Assembly: GCA_051294375.1 (NCBI GenBank)
Contig: CM119263.1
Coordinates: 31,844,750 to 31,908,749, forward strand
Direction of reading: 5' to 3'
DNA: 64,000 bases
Origin: Paraspadella gotoi
Taxonomy: Eukaryota; Animalia; Chaetognatha
Within the stretch, counting starts at the first letter, position 1. Every line of letters starts with the position of its first letter. Shown in pieces: positions 43,921 through 57,700 of this stretch. The notes beneath the pieces are model-generated. The model was given only the letters and a program-made list of their open reading frames with translations, was not told the DNA's origin and did no database searches. A program made the translations under genes and the position numbers.

Positions 43921-46900
43921 GTCTGTGGGTGCACAAATACAGACACGGGATCTCTATATATAGCTTTAGTAAGACAGAATTCGTCTCCTCTGTGCGGTTG
44001 TCCGGCAGGGCTTTTATAAGGCTCAAACAGCATCGTTCAGTACAACCACACTATTCTCTTATCTCTAATACGAGAATCCTGAGAATACAAATTTCCGGAA
44101 TATCATCTAACCTCACTCTCGGCGGTATCACACACATAATCAAAATTGGCACACGCTCACTAGAAACCATTCCATAACGATGATAAGCTATTATCTAGCT
44201 CGGTAATACAAATAATACTCGAATATTAGTTGTTCTTGTAATTATCCCAATGTTCTCGAATATTCAACACCATACTGGACGATTTACATCGAAAATTATC
44301 CATATAAATTATACATTCTGTACAACAGGTAACAATCCCCTAATCACACAAATTAACCTATAGTCCAACACATCAATGAATCGATAATGAGTGCATCCAA
44401 TCCCCGATTCAAGTACAGATTTCGTGTGATATTGGTGTGTGTGCATATAAGGAGAAGTGCTAGCCGAAATGTGCACGACGGAGGAAACGCATAAAACTTC
44501 GACGGTACGAGTATCTCTGAGCCATACGTACGCGAGTCAAGTATACCGGAGCATTCTATATTATTTATCATTAATGCTTCTATATAGTTATTTCTATAAC
44601 TATCGTGAATATGTATGCGTGATCATGATATATTAGAGTGTATAGAATGCGCCGAACTAAATATCTGAGCGGGATGATCGACCATGAGCGGTAACCGAAG
44701 AAAAGTGGTGAAACAGCCTGGAAAGCTTACTAATAAAAGTGAAGTTTATCATGATGTCGGAGAATACGTCCCTCGGATAATCTCGATACATGCACCTAGA
44801 GAAAAAATACACGGTAGTGTCTCTATAGACTCTACCATTGACATATCTCAACATAGTGTAAGAATCTATCCCATTGTAAATTTCTTTAATGTGAATAGAA
44901 TTAATAATATAGCAGTGACTGAGTTAGTAGCATGATTCATAATCTCTAGAGATAATTAATCAAGTCTCACATTCTTCATATCAATCTCGTGCTTCTATAT
45001 GTGTAGACTACTTATAATGAAGTGTAAGGCGAAGTAGACAGTGTGCCTGTGAATTGTCGATAATTCCGCGTATTCACAGATGATTTTTAAAGGAATAGAA
45101 TAAGTCAGTGAGAATGAGTATCGACTATAATAAAAGAAGGAATACACTACACATATAGATACGTGTACAATAAGAGCGCACAGAAGGTATATAATAATAG
45201 GTTAAAGACGGAACGCGAAGAGGAGAGAGTAGTGCTGATGACGAATATTATATTATTTCACTGATACTTCGAAGTGGGGCGACTGTGGATGTACGTTGCA
45301 TGTGCAACCTATTAATATTTCTTCTCGAGAATCGTATAATAAATTATGTCTCTTCATCCCTCTACACACTTCTCTCTCATTTAGCTTGTCAACATAATAA
45401 CAATATTTTTGTCTCGAAATAACCCTTTTTCTGCTCATCAATTGCGATATATCTCCTATCAACACATTATTTTCTCAATTCTTCATTCTATTACTCCCTA
45501 TAGTCCCCTAACTTATTATATATCTGCGTACCAATTATCTCCCTCTTATATCTCATTTAAACGGTTATCTCGTAGCCACATACTAATATTCAACCTTACA
45601 CTATTTCCCCAGGTATCCTGGTCATGATGTGCACTTCTTGTTGGACACCGCCTTTGTTCTCGGCTCTCTCTCTCATCCTACAATACTCGTGTCTTCAAAG
45701 TGTCACTCTCGCCCCTACTCACGTATATTCTTGTTTGATATACTCTTACTATCGTACCGACTCGAATCTCTCCTACGACGTACAGATACTGGATTTCCAA
45801 CATATAGAGCCAATCACTCAGATTACAACGGATATATGTAGAGTATAAATAGCTCATCTGATACATCGGAATTATAACAACGATGTTAACTCTCGAGTTA
45901 ACTTTTGGATCTTGACATGAAGGCTACTCATGAGCCACGGCACGGACTTGGAAGCGTGTTCCTAGGGCTTATAGGGCGGTAAGGGTCAAGACCCCACTAC
46001 AAATTTTGTGTGATTTTTTTGGTTCATATGGGCAGCTCTTGACCTATGTCACTAATACGTTCACTAATGCAGAGCAGATGATTGACATGTGCTCCATGGT
46101 GGCTGCAAGACATGGATATAATTCTCTGCTGTCGCCAAAATCTGTCGTATCTCCGCTCACGTGACAAGAAATACAGAAGAGCATTCGTGGCTGGATCTCC
46201 TGCTGCGTCTTGCGGCAATGCGATGCCTTCGATACCGAAGTGATCTGCGGGAATTGTTCTCTCTGTCCTCCTCGATGAATGCATGATATCGAATCATGTA
46301 TAGCTTACTCATCTTTTATAATAAATTCATGAGTCGATAACATGATGTGTGAAGATATTCCCTACTCTATTGCATATAACCATGAAAATGCAAGTATCCT
46401 ATCCAAAATAGTACAATATAATATATGCGTCTGTTAAGAGGCATTAATTTAGATAGGGCTAAACCCAAAAAAGTTTTTCTTGAATAATTTTATGAGCGGT
46501 GTTAAGGCTTATTCAAAGGCTATATTTTCTAGTTAATTTTTCAATCAAATCTGATGTTATTTTTGTTTAACAAATTATATAGAAGACTGAAACTTCAACT
46601 TTTTGACTTGTTAACTTAAAATTAACTCATAGGCAAACTATAAATGATTTTAGCTAATAAATTTACCCAGAGGTAAAAAAGATAAGGAAAAGAACGGATT
46701 TCCCAAAGTAAAAAAATTTTCTCAACTTTCCTTGCATTCAAATCAGAAGTCTGTAAGTAAAATGGGACAAAAAAATGGAATAATTTTTTTCCTAAAAGTG
46801 TGCCAAAATGGTACTCCCTTTTATCATTAGAAACGAGGTGGAGATGTTTTCTCACCAATCCTTCTTCGGCCATAATTTGTGTTGTTTGTGTACAATGTTA

Positions 46901-49900
46901 ATTAACATTTTAAAGTAAACAACTGAACAATAAGGTGGAAAGAGTCGTTTTTTTTCCTAAAATGCAACCGTTTGTACGCGGAACCTAGTTTAAATTGGAT
47001 GAATGGAAAAAACCAAAAAAATATATTCACTATTTGAACACTAATTGCTTATGAGTGAATGGGCTGATTGACCTGGAATTTTGTATGTGGGTGGGAAAGT
47101 GTGTGATTGAACAGGAAATCAAGTTTCGATGGAATAGTTTGAATGGAAACGAGTTTAAATGGAAAAAAACAAAAAACATGTTTCACTAATTGATTATGCT
47201 TCTTTTTCCTTTTATATTAAATGTATATGCAGGATGTATTAATAAATCAAATAATTAATCAGTTAATTAATCAATTAGTAAATAAATTAATCAATAATTA
47301 ATTAATTAATCCGTCCATCCGTCCCACCTTAGCAAAAGGCACCAATAACTCGTGATTGGCTAGTTGGATTGGAATTAAATTTTGTGTGTGGGTAGAAAAT
47401 TGTGTGATAAAGCTGGATATAAAGTTTCGATGGAATCGTGTGAGTGGAAATTAGTTTAAATAGAAAAAACTTAAGTTGCATTTACTAAAATCTTTTTATT
47501 TATTTTAACCAATAAATACTTTAATTAATCATAATTGGATAGATAGATTGAGTTGAAATTTTGTGTGTGGGTAGGAAAATGTGTGACAAAGCTTGATATA
47601 AAGTTTTGGTGGAAACGTACCAGTGGAAATGAGTTTAAATGAAAAAAATATGAGTCACATTTACTTGAATCTTTTTATTTATTAACCCATGATTTTATTT
47701 ATTTATTTTTTATTTATTAACCCATGATAGATTGAGATGAAATTTTGTGAGCCGGTAGGAAAGTGAGTGAAGAAGCTAGATATAAAGTTTTGACGGAATG
47801 CAATTTGAAAAAATGATGCAAGTTAAAAAAATCTTAAAAGCATAAGGATCGTTGCAATTGCATAAAAAGAGAGAGAGAGAGAGAGAGAGTGAGAGAGTGA
47901 GAGAGAGGGAGAGAGAGAGAGAGAGAGAGAGTGAGAGAGAGAGAAGGAGACATAAAATAAAATAGAGGATATTTGTTTGTTTTGATAAAATGTAAACAAA
48001 ACATTTAATAACTGTCCTGACTCAATTTTAAGGACATCGATGATGACAAGCTGAATATAAATTATAATTAATTATTAAAATTAATTGTTTGCTCAAACTT
48101 GTTTATTTGCTTTTTTGTTCAGTGCGAGAGGGGAAAAAAAAGAAGCTGGGAGGTGGGTATCTAGCTAAAAGGTAGGTACTATCTAGTCTCTCATCAGGAA
48201 AAGAGGTAAGTAGGGTAAGGAATATATTGGTAATAGCTAAGTAACTACAACAAGGGAACTAGGGTACATAAAAGGGGAGAAGGGAGAGGGAAGGTTTGCA
48301 GACCCCGAGACCGAGAGGAGCAGTTGAGAGAGTGACTGTCCGATCTCCAAGACTCTATCCGTGACTCCGGGGATAGAGGGAGGGACGATAGGGGGAGGAG
48401 GCGTTGAGATGGGGAAGAGAAGGCCCGGGGAGAGAGAGGTTCTGGCGGTAAGGTGAGCCTCTATCTTGTGCCCCTCTCTTGGTCGGAGACGCCCACTTGG
48501 GTCTTGAATGTCACAGGTGGGCGTCGCCATCATCTTGGTGTGGGCCTAGTGTGGGCGTGGAGTTCGTGGAGAGGTAGGGGCAGAGGCGGACGCCAGCCGG
48601 GTCAGGTGGGGTAGACCGTTGTTTGGGGGGGGCGGGGGGATGTCGTCTTAGTCTCCTCTAGAGTCGACGCCTTCATTGGCGTTGACGTTGACGTTGATCG
48701 GGAATGTTGCTACGTTTTATTTGAAGGGTCGCCGAAAAGTTTTTTTTTTCATTTTGTTTCGATCACGAATTCATGGGAGGGGAAACGCGCAAAGAGGAGG
48801 AAAAGAGGGAGAGAGTAGGATGGGGGGGGGCGGAGAAAAGGAGAGAAATGAGAGAAAGATGAAGTTTTGTTTGTTGTTTTTGTTTTTTTGTTTTTTCGAG
48901 AATAAGAGAAAGGATTAGGAGTTTTTTTGGTGTTTTTGTTTTTATTTTTCGTGACGCTTCACGAATTTTGTGGAGGGGGAACGCACAAGGGAAAGAAAGG
49001 GTTAGAAGGAGAGGAAGGATGGGGGAGAGAGAGAGAGAGAAAGAGAGAAATTAGAGAAAAGAAAGAGATTTTTGACGATATTACGATTTTAGCTTATGAG
49101 TTTAAGAGAGGGAAGGAACGTCAATTGATTTCGATTTTTTTTTTTTGATCGTCATCGCCGTCCTCGTCGGCGTCATCGTCGTCGTCGACATATGGTCGTC
49201 GCCATTGTTGCTGTTCGCCATCGTGTTCGCCATCGTCGTCGTCATTGTCGTCGCCTTTGTTGTCACCAATTGTTGTCGCCGTTTCTATCGCCATCGTCGT
49301 TCGCTATTGCCATCGACCTAAGAGAAGGACTCAGCACCTACTTGGAGAGTAAAAGCGATAATGATTTAAATATCTATAATGATATTTCTAAACCGTGATC
49401 GTTTGTTTAAATTATTTAACACTGAGAATGTGTTTGACTAAGTGAATAAAAAATCTTAAAAGCATAAGGATCAAGCCATGATGATAGTCATTCATTGATG
49501 CCGATGATAGTCATTCATATGACGCGATGAATCATTCATCGTAAATAAAAACAAACAAATGCGTGTATGAGTGAAAGAGAGAGAGAGAGAGAGAGAGGCT
49601 GGACAGTTTTCCCGCCAACGAAACGCATTATTAGGTCTCTCTCGTTTATATAAAGAATAATCAGAATTTTTAGGGAAAAAATCCACGAAAATCTCGGATG
49701 TAAATTTGGGATTTTGTATTGGAAAAAAGCGCGGAATAAATGGCGATAATAAAAGTTTTTAGAAGGAAAAAAGAGAGAGAGAGGAGAGAGAGAAAGAGAG
49801 AGAGAGAAGCTGGACAGCGCTGGACCCCGCTGGACCGCCGCTGCAGAGCTGAACTCATTTTCCGAGGAATATGAGTCGGACGAAAACTCTTTTCCTTTCT

Positions 49901-51019
49901 ATAAAAAATATTACAAAATAAATATTTGGGTATAGAGCCATATAAGAAATTTTTTGTACATTGAAAGTAAACTTAAAAATGCATAAATTTTCGTTTGAGC
50001 ATGTTCCCATACTAAATTTTTGATTCACCCCATTGAGAGGGGCTACCCCTATTCAGGAAAAAAAAACTAAACTCTTTTCAATAATAATGATCCAAAAATT
50101 ATAATCCCTATTAACAAAATATATAGTTGAAAATACTCAGTTAACGACTATGATATTTTTGACTTCCAAATATTTTTTTTACTTATCAAAAAAAATTTTA
50201 TTCCTCATTTAAAAAATTTTAATCTTGAATGAAATTTTTGATTGTTCTTTTTTTAGGAAGAAACCAGACCGAGGTCAAATTTTATATTTGCATATTTAAT
50301 TAATTTATAAATAGTTATCACAACTCAAAATATTTATTATTTAAAAAAAGATAAAAATGATTAAATATATACAACTAAACATATTTATAAATTTAATAAT
50401 AGTATAAATTATCAGAATAACAAAAAAAGTAATGTTTTAATTTGACTACATCTCTCTTATCACTCCTATTTTAGATATAATTTGCCAATAGTGGCTAACC
50501 GGTTCAAAGTTACAATAATGAATAATAATTTTTTTTTTTTTAAATGTAATGCATATTGTTCGGCAAGTAGATAACGAGAGCAATGAGCTTTAGGCCTTAA
50601 TAGGGACAAGGGTTAAAGTGAGGTTAAGAAATAAGAATTAGGAATTTATCTTTAAGATCTGTTATATTCAGATGAGAGCACAGCTAGAGATAGGAATGCT
50701 GCAGTCGCTGGGTGAAAGACTGGGAAAATATTGTTATTCATTTGAAAAAGGATCTTTAGAACAAGAATTATTGGGTGGCCAAATTAAGTGGCAGGATTGG
50801 GACAGTTTAAAAAAGAATCTTACTTGACGGTAATGTACTGAGTACATTTAAATGATGATTGGACTGTAGAGTTGGCGAAACTTAATTAAACTCAGGTAGG
50901 TTCGTCTAAAATTGAGCCTATTGAACTTAATTTATCAATGAGGGTATCTCGTATTGGGGGATTGGCTATTCAGGGTACTTGGAGTGGGACCACATATCTG
51001 ATATCTTTGTTTATTAGAG

Positions 51020-51270
51020 TCTTTGTTTTGTTATTATTAATATAGGTTTTTTTGAGTATTTATTAGCGTCTCATTTTTGTTTTTAGCCGTCTCTTTGTTA
51101 ATTAGCGTCTTGTTGTATTAGTGTCTTTCTGTTTTAATAGCGTTTTTTATTAGCGTTTTATAGCGTTATCTTTTGTTTATTAGTGTCTTTATGTTTTTAG
51201 ACGTTCTTTTGTTTTTTATTAGTGTCTTTCTGTTCTTTAGCGTCTTTTTGTTTTTATTAGTGTCCTTTCT
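51020..51270. repeat. Degenerate ~20-bp tandem repeat
   Basis: Repeated ttattag(c/t)gtctttt(t/c)tgttt-like units. Confidence 0.7.
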
Positions 51271-52539
51271 GATTGATTATTATTTTTAAAAATATGTGTA
51301 TTGTGTATATATATACTATATATATTGATTGTAGTTTTTTATTTCTATTGAATAGCGTATGTGGTCCCTTCTGCCCTTTACTTTAACACATTGTAATATA
51401 AATTTTTGGGATATATGTTATACACTAAGCATTAAATACTTATAATGACTTTTTATAAAAATAAAACCCATAGACTTTTACGTTTTTCGTTTACATTACG
51501 CAAATTAAACACTTTTATTACTAGACATTTTTTGTTTTTTATTTTAGCAAACACTTTTTTAACTTTTTCCCTGCGTATATTACGAATTATAAAAGATTAA
51601 AATAATATTTAAAAAAATAATACCTAGGTTTATGCTTTGCAGTTAGGACACATATATTATTACATAATTAGGAATATTGTTTCAGTAAATTTCGATTCGC
51701 TATATCTATATTTTATTTGCTATATATTGTTTGTCTTTTTCTTATAATTTTATTATTTTATTTGTTTTTGTTTTCTTTCTTCTAATTATACTTTTATGTT
51801 TGGTGTCGGTTGTGTCATGCTTTATAGATTATATGTTTTGTTTTTGTTCGTTGTTGTCTCTAGAGATCCCATTTAAACACTGTTAATTCTGTGTCTCTTT
51901 GTGTTGTTCTGCATGTTTGGCTCTTGTTGTTTTAACCAATCTTTGAATTTTTTGAACGTTCTTGTACGTAATCATGTTATAGAATTAAATTGATTTCTTC
52001 AGGAAATCTAGTTCATAACATGTTAATATTATGCAGTCAAATTATAGAACGTTTAGATGTACTTATTGTTTTTCTGTTGAATTTTAATAGTTTAGTTTTA
52101 CTGGTTTACTGCATATATCATAGTTTTATACACTGATACTAGTATTTTGATAGATAGTTTGTCAAATACTAGCGTTTTTGGTTATTAATAAAAAAAAAAA
52201 AAAACACAAAAAAAAAAAAAAAATATGTTCGGACGAAAAGTGCTGCATATATAATAAGTCACATTAGCTGATTTACATGTACAATGCATGTCAATATAAG
52301 TTATTCTTCACTTTTTTTAAAATGTATCCACGAAAATCTCGGATGTAAATTTGGGATTTTGTATTGAGAAAAAAGCCCCGAATAAAAGTTTTTAGAAAGA
52401 AAAACATAATCATAATTTTTTCAAAAAAAGAACGATCACGCAAGAGAGCGTAAAGAGAGAAAGAGACAGAAAGAGAAAGAGAGAGAGAAAGAGAGACAAA
52501 GCTGGACAGCTGCTTGAAGGCCGCTTGTACAGTCACACG

Positions 52540-53360
52540 ATTCCATCATTTCTACTCACACACAAAATTTAATTCCCATTCCAACCAGCCAATCACGAGT
52601 TATTGGAGCTTTTTGCTAAGATGGACGGATGGACGGATTGATTGACTAATTAATTAATTATTGAATTAATTTATTACTAATTGATTAATTAACTGATTAA
52701 TTATTTGATTTATTAATACATCCTGCATATACATTTAATATAAAAGGAAAAAGAAGCATAATCAATTAGTAAAAACAGGTTTTTTGTTTTTTTTCCATTT
52801 AAACTCATTTCCACTCAAACTAATCCATCGAAACTTGATTTCCTGTTCAATCACCACACTTTCCTACCCACATACAAAATTCCAGGTCAATCAGCCCATC
52901 CACTCATGAGCAATTGGTCGTTCAAAAAGTGAATATATTTTTTTTTGTTTTTTCCATTTAAACTCATTTCCACTCGGACGATTCTATCGAAACTTCATAT
53001 CCAGCTCAATCACACACTTACCTATCCTCACACAAAATTTTCATTTTAAATCCATCCATCCAATCACGAGTACATTGTTGTTTTTTGCTAAGGTGGACGG
53101 CGGACGACGGACGGACGGAGACGGAGTACGACGGACGGACGGACGGACGGCGACGGACGGACGACGACGGACGGACGGACGGACGGAACGGACGGACAGA
53201 CGGACGGACGGACACATCATTTTTTTGCATTAATTTATCATAATTCGATGTTCTGACATGATTATAGTGTGTGGCCCGGACAAATATTGAGGGGGCGGAC
53301 CGACGGACCGACAAAGTGAGTTATAGAGTCGGGATCTGCTGATAAGCAGATCCGACTTTA
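52540..53360 (-). mobile_element. HINE/DINE-1-like element with expanded (GGAC)n microsatellite
   Basis: Ends in gtcgggatctgctgataagcagatccgact, with a ggac/gac tract at 53094-53212. Same family as 10372-11490. Confidence 0.7.
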
Positions 53361-53791
53361 AAAATCAAGAAAGAGCAGGGGGTTGCAAAGATTTTAATAT
53401 ATTTCTCACCAATAAAAAAAAATGACCAGGAAGCGAACACGCAGGGTTATTATAGCTTCCGGGTTCAATCCTTTATTCTCAATTTTTCTATCACTCCCGG
53501 TTTCGGGTTCTTCAAAAAACGGCCGCTTCCACAGTGTTCGCTTACGCTTTCCGGATCGCGTCCACATCTCTGGGTGTGCCCACATTTTTGTGGATACTTG
53601 GATGTTCAGACTGCTTGAAGGATGGTAAATATGTATGAATTTTCAAAAAACTAAAAAAATATCAGGAATTTTTTAATGTAATTTTTGATTGTGAGGTCAC
53701 TTTATCCGGGATTCTCGTTTTAAAATTCAGTGACTTCAAAAGAAAAAAAAAATTACCGCACGAAAAATAATGTTTCTTTAAAAATAAACTC

Positions 53792-53936
53792 TTAGAGAAA
53801 ACAAAGTTTGTTTGTTTGTAAACAACGATTATATTCACATTGGACATGTTTGATGAAGGCTTAAAGGCAAGAGCCGAAACATGTCCAATGTGAATAAACT
53901 CGTTGTTTACAAACAAACAAACTTTGTTTTCTCTAA
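53792..53936 (+). mobile_element. Penelope-like inverted terminal remnant centred on a minimal hammerhead ribozyme-like core
   Basis: ~58-bp inverted arms enclose TGATGA-aggct-taaaggcaag-agcc-GAAA-catg-TC. Degenerate relatives at ~1480-1549, ~22715-22750 (minus) and ~29935-29968. Confidence 0.6.
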
Positions 53937-54329
53937 CTAATTAAACACAACGAAAAAGAAAGGAAATAATATAAAAATAAACTCATATTTAGCATATTAA
54001 TTCTAATATTTTTGGCCAAACCCTCATAAACAAGAAATAAAAACTAATGCATTTCTCTTATCACTTGCAATAATTATTATGCTCTACTACATGCATATCC
54101 TCGAGATTTTGCCATTTGTTTACCGTAATGATCTTATCAAAACATTATATAGAAATCATTCATACTGTTTCTCCAGCATTTCGTTTTCAATATTTTTTTG
54201 AAAAAGAAATTAAATTTTAAACATTTTATTGCAACGCTTTATCAGCGGTGAGAAAAAAAATATATTTTAATATTTTCTTGAAAGAGAAAAATATTAAAAT
54301 CCAATGAAATGAATAATGAATAAAAAAAT

Positions 54330-54763
54330 ATTTCATTTTTTCCATACAGTCGATAGATAGGAGGCAATCAGGAAATCTTTTGCGATCGCTGTAAACATTA
54401 TAGAACATGCCCTCTCTTGACAGAGGGTCAGCTGGGCCAAAATTCTGCAATATATTGGATTATTTAAACTATTGTTAAAAAATTAAAATAATTTTGTTTT
54501 GTTTCTGAATATTTATTTATATATACCTTGAACTTTTTGGCAATGCTGCTCATACGTTCAGCTGGGTCATTGACGGCTATCAAAGAGTGCACAAGAGCCT
54601 TTGATGAAGCATACTGAAGATCATTATCCCATGGAGGGTTGGAGTGCTGCCATTTTGGTTCTCCGTCCAGCAAATCGAACAACACCCAACTTTCATCTTG
54701 GAAAGTGGATGGCCAACCATTTTTAAACCCAGTAGAGGTTAATTTTAGGTTAATCGAACGCAA
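54330..54763 (-). pseudogene. C-terminal remnant of a hATm-like transposase with one intron
   Basis: Exon 54763-54527 (…ESWVLFDLL…KALVHSLIAVNDPAERMSSIAKKFK), GT-AG intron 54526-54445, then exon from 54444 (NFGPADPLSREGMFYNVYSDRKRFPDC). The VNDxAER…RKxxP pattern resembles hATm transposase C-termini as recalled. The 5' part is cut off by the retroelement. Confidence 0.65.
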
Positions 54764-54779
54764 GATCAGACAGTAATAC

Positions 54780-57700
54780 CATTTTTATCTCTTTCTTTCA
54801 GATGTGTCGTCCGCACGGCATCATGCACACCCTGATTACGAGGAGCGCCCGGCGCACCGCACGCACGCAGAGAGAAAAGCTCCGTCACTACCGCTGTAAA
54901 GATCAGTGCATCCAGCGGCTCGAGCACCTGTCGAACAGCCTGAATGGACTGCTCAAGTCGAGACCAGTTATTGCAAGTCGGGAATCACAAGGCCCTCTCT
55001 GGCGTCGTTTTGGCGTCCAGTACCGACGTTCCAACGTGTTTGTCTTGCCAGTCGTTCGGTTACAGATCGCTCGTGTGTGGACCCGGTTGAAGCGAGATAT
55101 CCATCGGAAGAGGCTACTTGAAAATTCTGAACTCTTGTATATTCGTAGGTAGTCCGTTTTCAAACCCGCAAAAAGAGTTGAGGTCCCTGAAGTAGTGTTG
55201 GATGGTTATCCTCGTGTGTACAATCCGTGTCTGCCCGAGTTGTTGGGTTTGGAGCGCGATCTTTTTGAGGAAGCGCTCCGCTATGTTCGAGATATTATTG
55301 TGAGCGATGGACCCAGTCAATGTATCTAAGCAGGATCTTGAGGCGACCGTCGTTCGCTTACGCGCGACTTATCCCTGTCTGGGTGAAATCTTGGCACAAG
55401 ACCCTTCGCACAAGGAATGGGCGTGCGCCCTAAACTCTGTTGGATTTTACCGAGGCTAACCTTGATAAGTCCACCGGGCGTGTCAAGGAACCTCCCTGGG
55501 ATATTTTGCCTATGGAGGCGAGCCACGTCAAAGTGATGTTGGTTCCCAAGGACGATCCTGGGAACCCTGTATTGTGCGTGACTAACACAAAGTACCTGAA
55601 AAGATTGAGTGATTGAACATTATTTTTTTGCTGCTTATGGATATGTAATTAATGAATTTTAAATCCTTTTAAAAATCTTTTAAGCATAACAGTATAGTAA
55701 ATTTAATTATTTATGTAGTAATATCCTTAAAAAATCATTAAATTTCAAAATATTTTTTTTAAACGCTATAAAAAACTAAGAAATTTTTATAAAATATGTT
55801 ATATGATATTTTAACATTTGGATCACAAAAAATGACTAAAATGTTTATATAAGTTTATATAAGTTTCTACTACAGACAATAAAAAAGTTATGAATTTTCA
55901 CCTTTTTTCCCCGTTTTAAACGCTGTAGATGACAGAATTTTTGATAACACAGTTTATATTTTTGATTCAACTTTTTATGAAGAATCTGAATCTTTAATAA
56001 AAGTTTTTAAAAAATTAGTTTTAAAATTTATTATTTTATAAGAATATTACTTCAAATATATTATATTTTACTATTCTGTTCCCAAGACAATATGAACAAA
56101 ATATTTTTTGTACTAATTAATCATACTATCTCACATCTAAATATCCTTGTTCGATCATTAAAATAAATTTTTTGTTCTTGAGTGCTCCATTCTAGGGCTC
56201 ATCCGGCTGGTGAACAGATTGCGTATATAATGCTTCCAGTGTTCTCTGGGGACCCTATGCCGGGGACGCGATTATCATTAAAATGGGTGATCTGTGGGAA
56301 CTTGCGATCAAAGATACTGCCGGTTTACCTCAAGTGACTGTCCGACAGTTTAGCAAGATTCTGCCAAAAGTAACGCACAAGTGGGCCGGTCCCCTAACGG
56401 ATAAGGCGATGACGCGAATCAACGCGAATCTGAGACGTCTCATGCGTGAGACCCTTCCAAAGCTGTCTGGATACCTTGGTAACAAACTGCCTTCTTGGTG
56501 GGTTCACCTACTGCAACGGCTAATGGGACTAGGGTAGCCAAGCCTTCGGCAATGCGTAATCATGAACGGGTTCAGGTCTCTGGCCTTGATGCTGAGTCTG
56601 CCTCCCGTGACGTCAAAAAATGTGGGCATATTTTGGCTTGCGGCGCGGCGGGCGCCTGCGTGACCGTCTCTGGTCACGTGTATGGAGGCCCACCAAGCCG
56701 CGAGGGTGTCTGTCCGCCTACTTGTCGGCTTGTGATGAGGCGTCACTTGGATCTTACGGAACTCGTTGCCAATTACATTTCAGAGCTATGGCCCTTGCGG
56801 TACCTACGTCAGCACCACCAACCTTATCGTCTCAAAGTCCTGGTCAACCTCTACCTGAACCGATTTTGCAATGGATTCCTCAGTCCCTCTCCATCATGTC
56901 TTTTCATCCCCGACTCTGTTGTGGAGCGTCGCCGTGAGGACGCTGTGGTCAGTGATGATCATAGAAGCAAGTGTCACTTGCGACGAAGAGGTGGTCCAGC
57001 GCAAGCGTGTTCAATTACAAGCTTATATGTCCGGTCTCTCGACCGCGGCTGCCATTCTCAAGAAAGGCTGGCCCTGGGTCGTCTATAGAGAAAAGTCGGC
57101 CGAGATGCAATGGTCAGAAGGATCATACGCAGCCAAGGAAAGATGCAGGTATACCTGGCTCACGCAGAGTTGCAGACCGTCCTTGCTTGGGTATTTTGGT
57201 GCTTGAGTTTCAGTGTTGCAGTAAAGTTTCTAAAGAATGCATTGTCTCTGATCTAGAATCCAGTCATGTGGGTGATACTCCACTTCAAGTGTCAAGTCCG
57301 AAGAGAGGCTCCGCCAAGCCTTCAAGCACGCTCGATACCCCCATCTCTCACGCGACAAGGCCTAAGGGGGGTTCGGGTGCGTGGGTACGGGCAAGGGAGA
57401 CCCGCCGAGGGGGTTCATCTCTCGGCGATTTTCGGCATTAAAATCTTTTTGATTTTACCCTTTTTTTTACTCAACCTGGGCGAATAGCGACGGTTTTGGA
57501 GTTCCCACGCGCCCGTGTACACGGGATGGTGACTCAATCCTCTCATAATCCCCGGTCCCACGGCCGTGTTTTGCAAGGCACCGCGAGACCCGGCCCATTC
57601 ATCGAGGGGGATAGACGGAAAAACAAGCCCGCGAGTCGGGCTATGGATCGACATCACCATGTCGGTTCATTGTACTCGCGGGCTACAAATAAATATATAT
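54780..57700 (+). mobile_element. Decayed RLE-type non-LTR retrotransposon, copy A (RT core deleted)
   Basis: ORF start at 54802 homologous to copy B; PKDDPGNP at ~55545-55568; MITE plus deletion at 55570-56195. Thumb-like RINANLRRLMR…WVHLLQRLMGLG, knuckle/RLE-like LACG…GHVYGG…C…RRH…IPDSVV…E…RKR, and a structured 3' region. Confidence 0.78.
55597..56194. mobile_element. Second copy of the hATm-like MITE, left TIR lost
   Basis: Closely similar to 1727-2338 and ends CTCCATTCTA. It sits at the internal deletion of retroelement copy A. Confidence 0.8.

Noticed and set aside
43920-45900. Cluster of short ORFs in apparently novel sequence
   Set aside because: No motifs or splice structure. It lies within an error-rich mirror copy that resumes at ~45900, consistent with a low-quality read segment.
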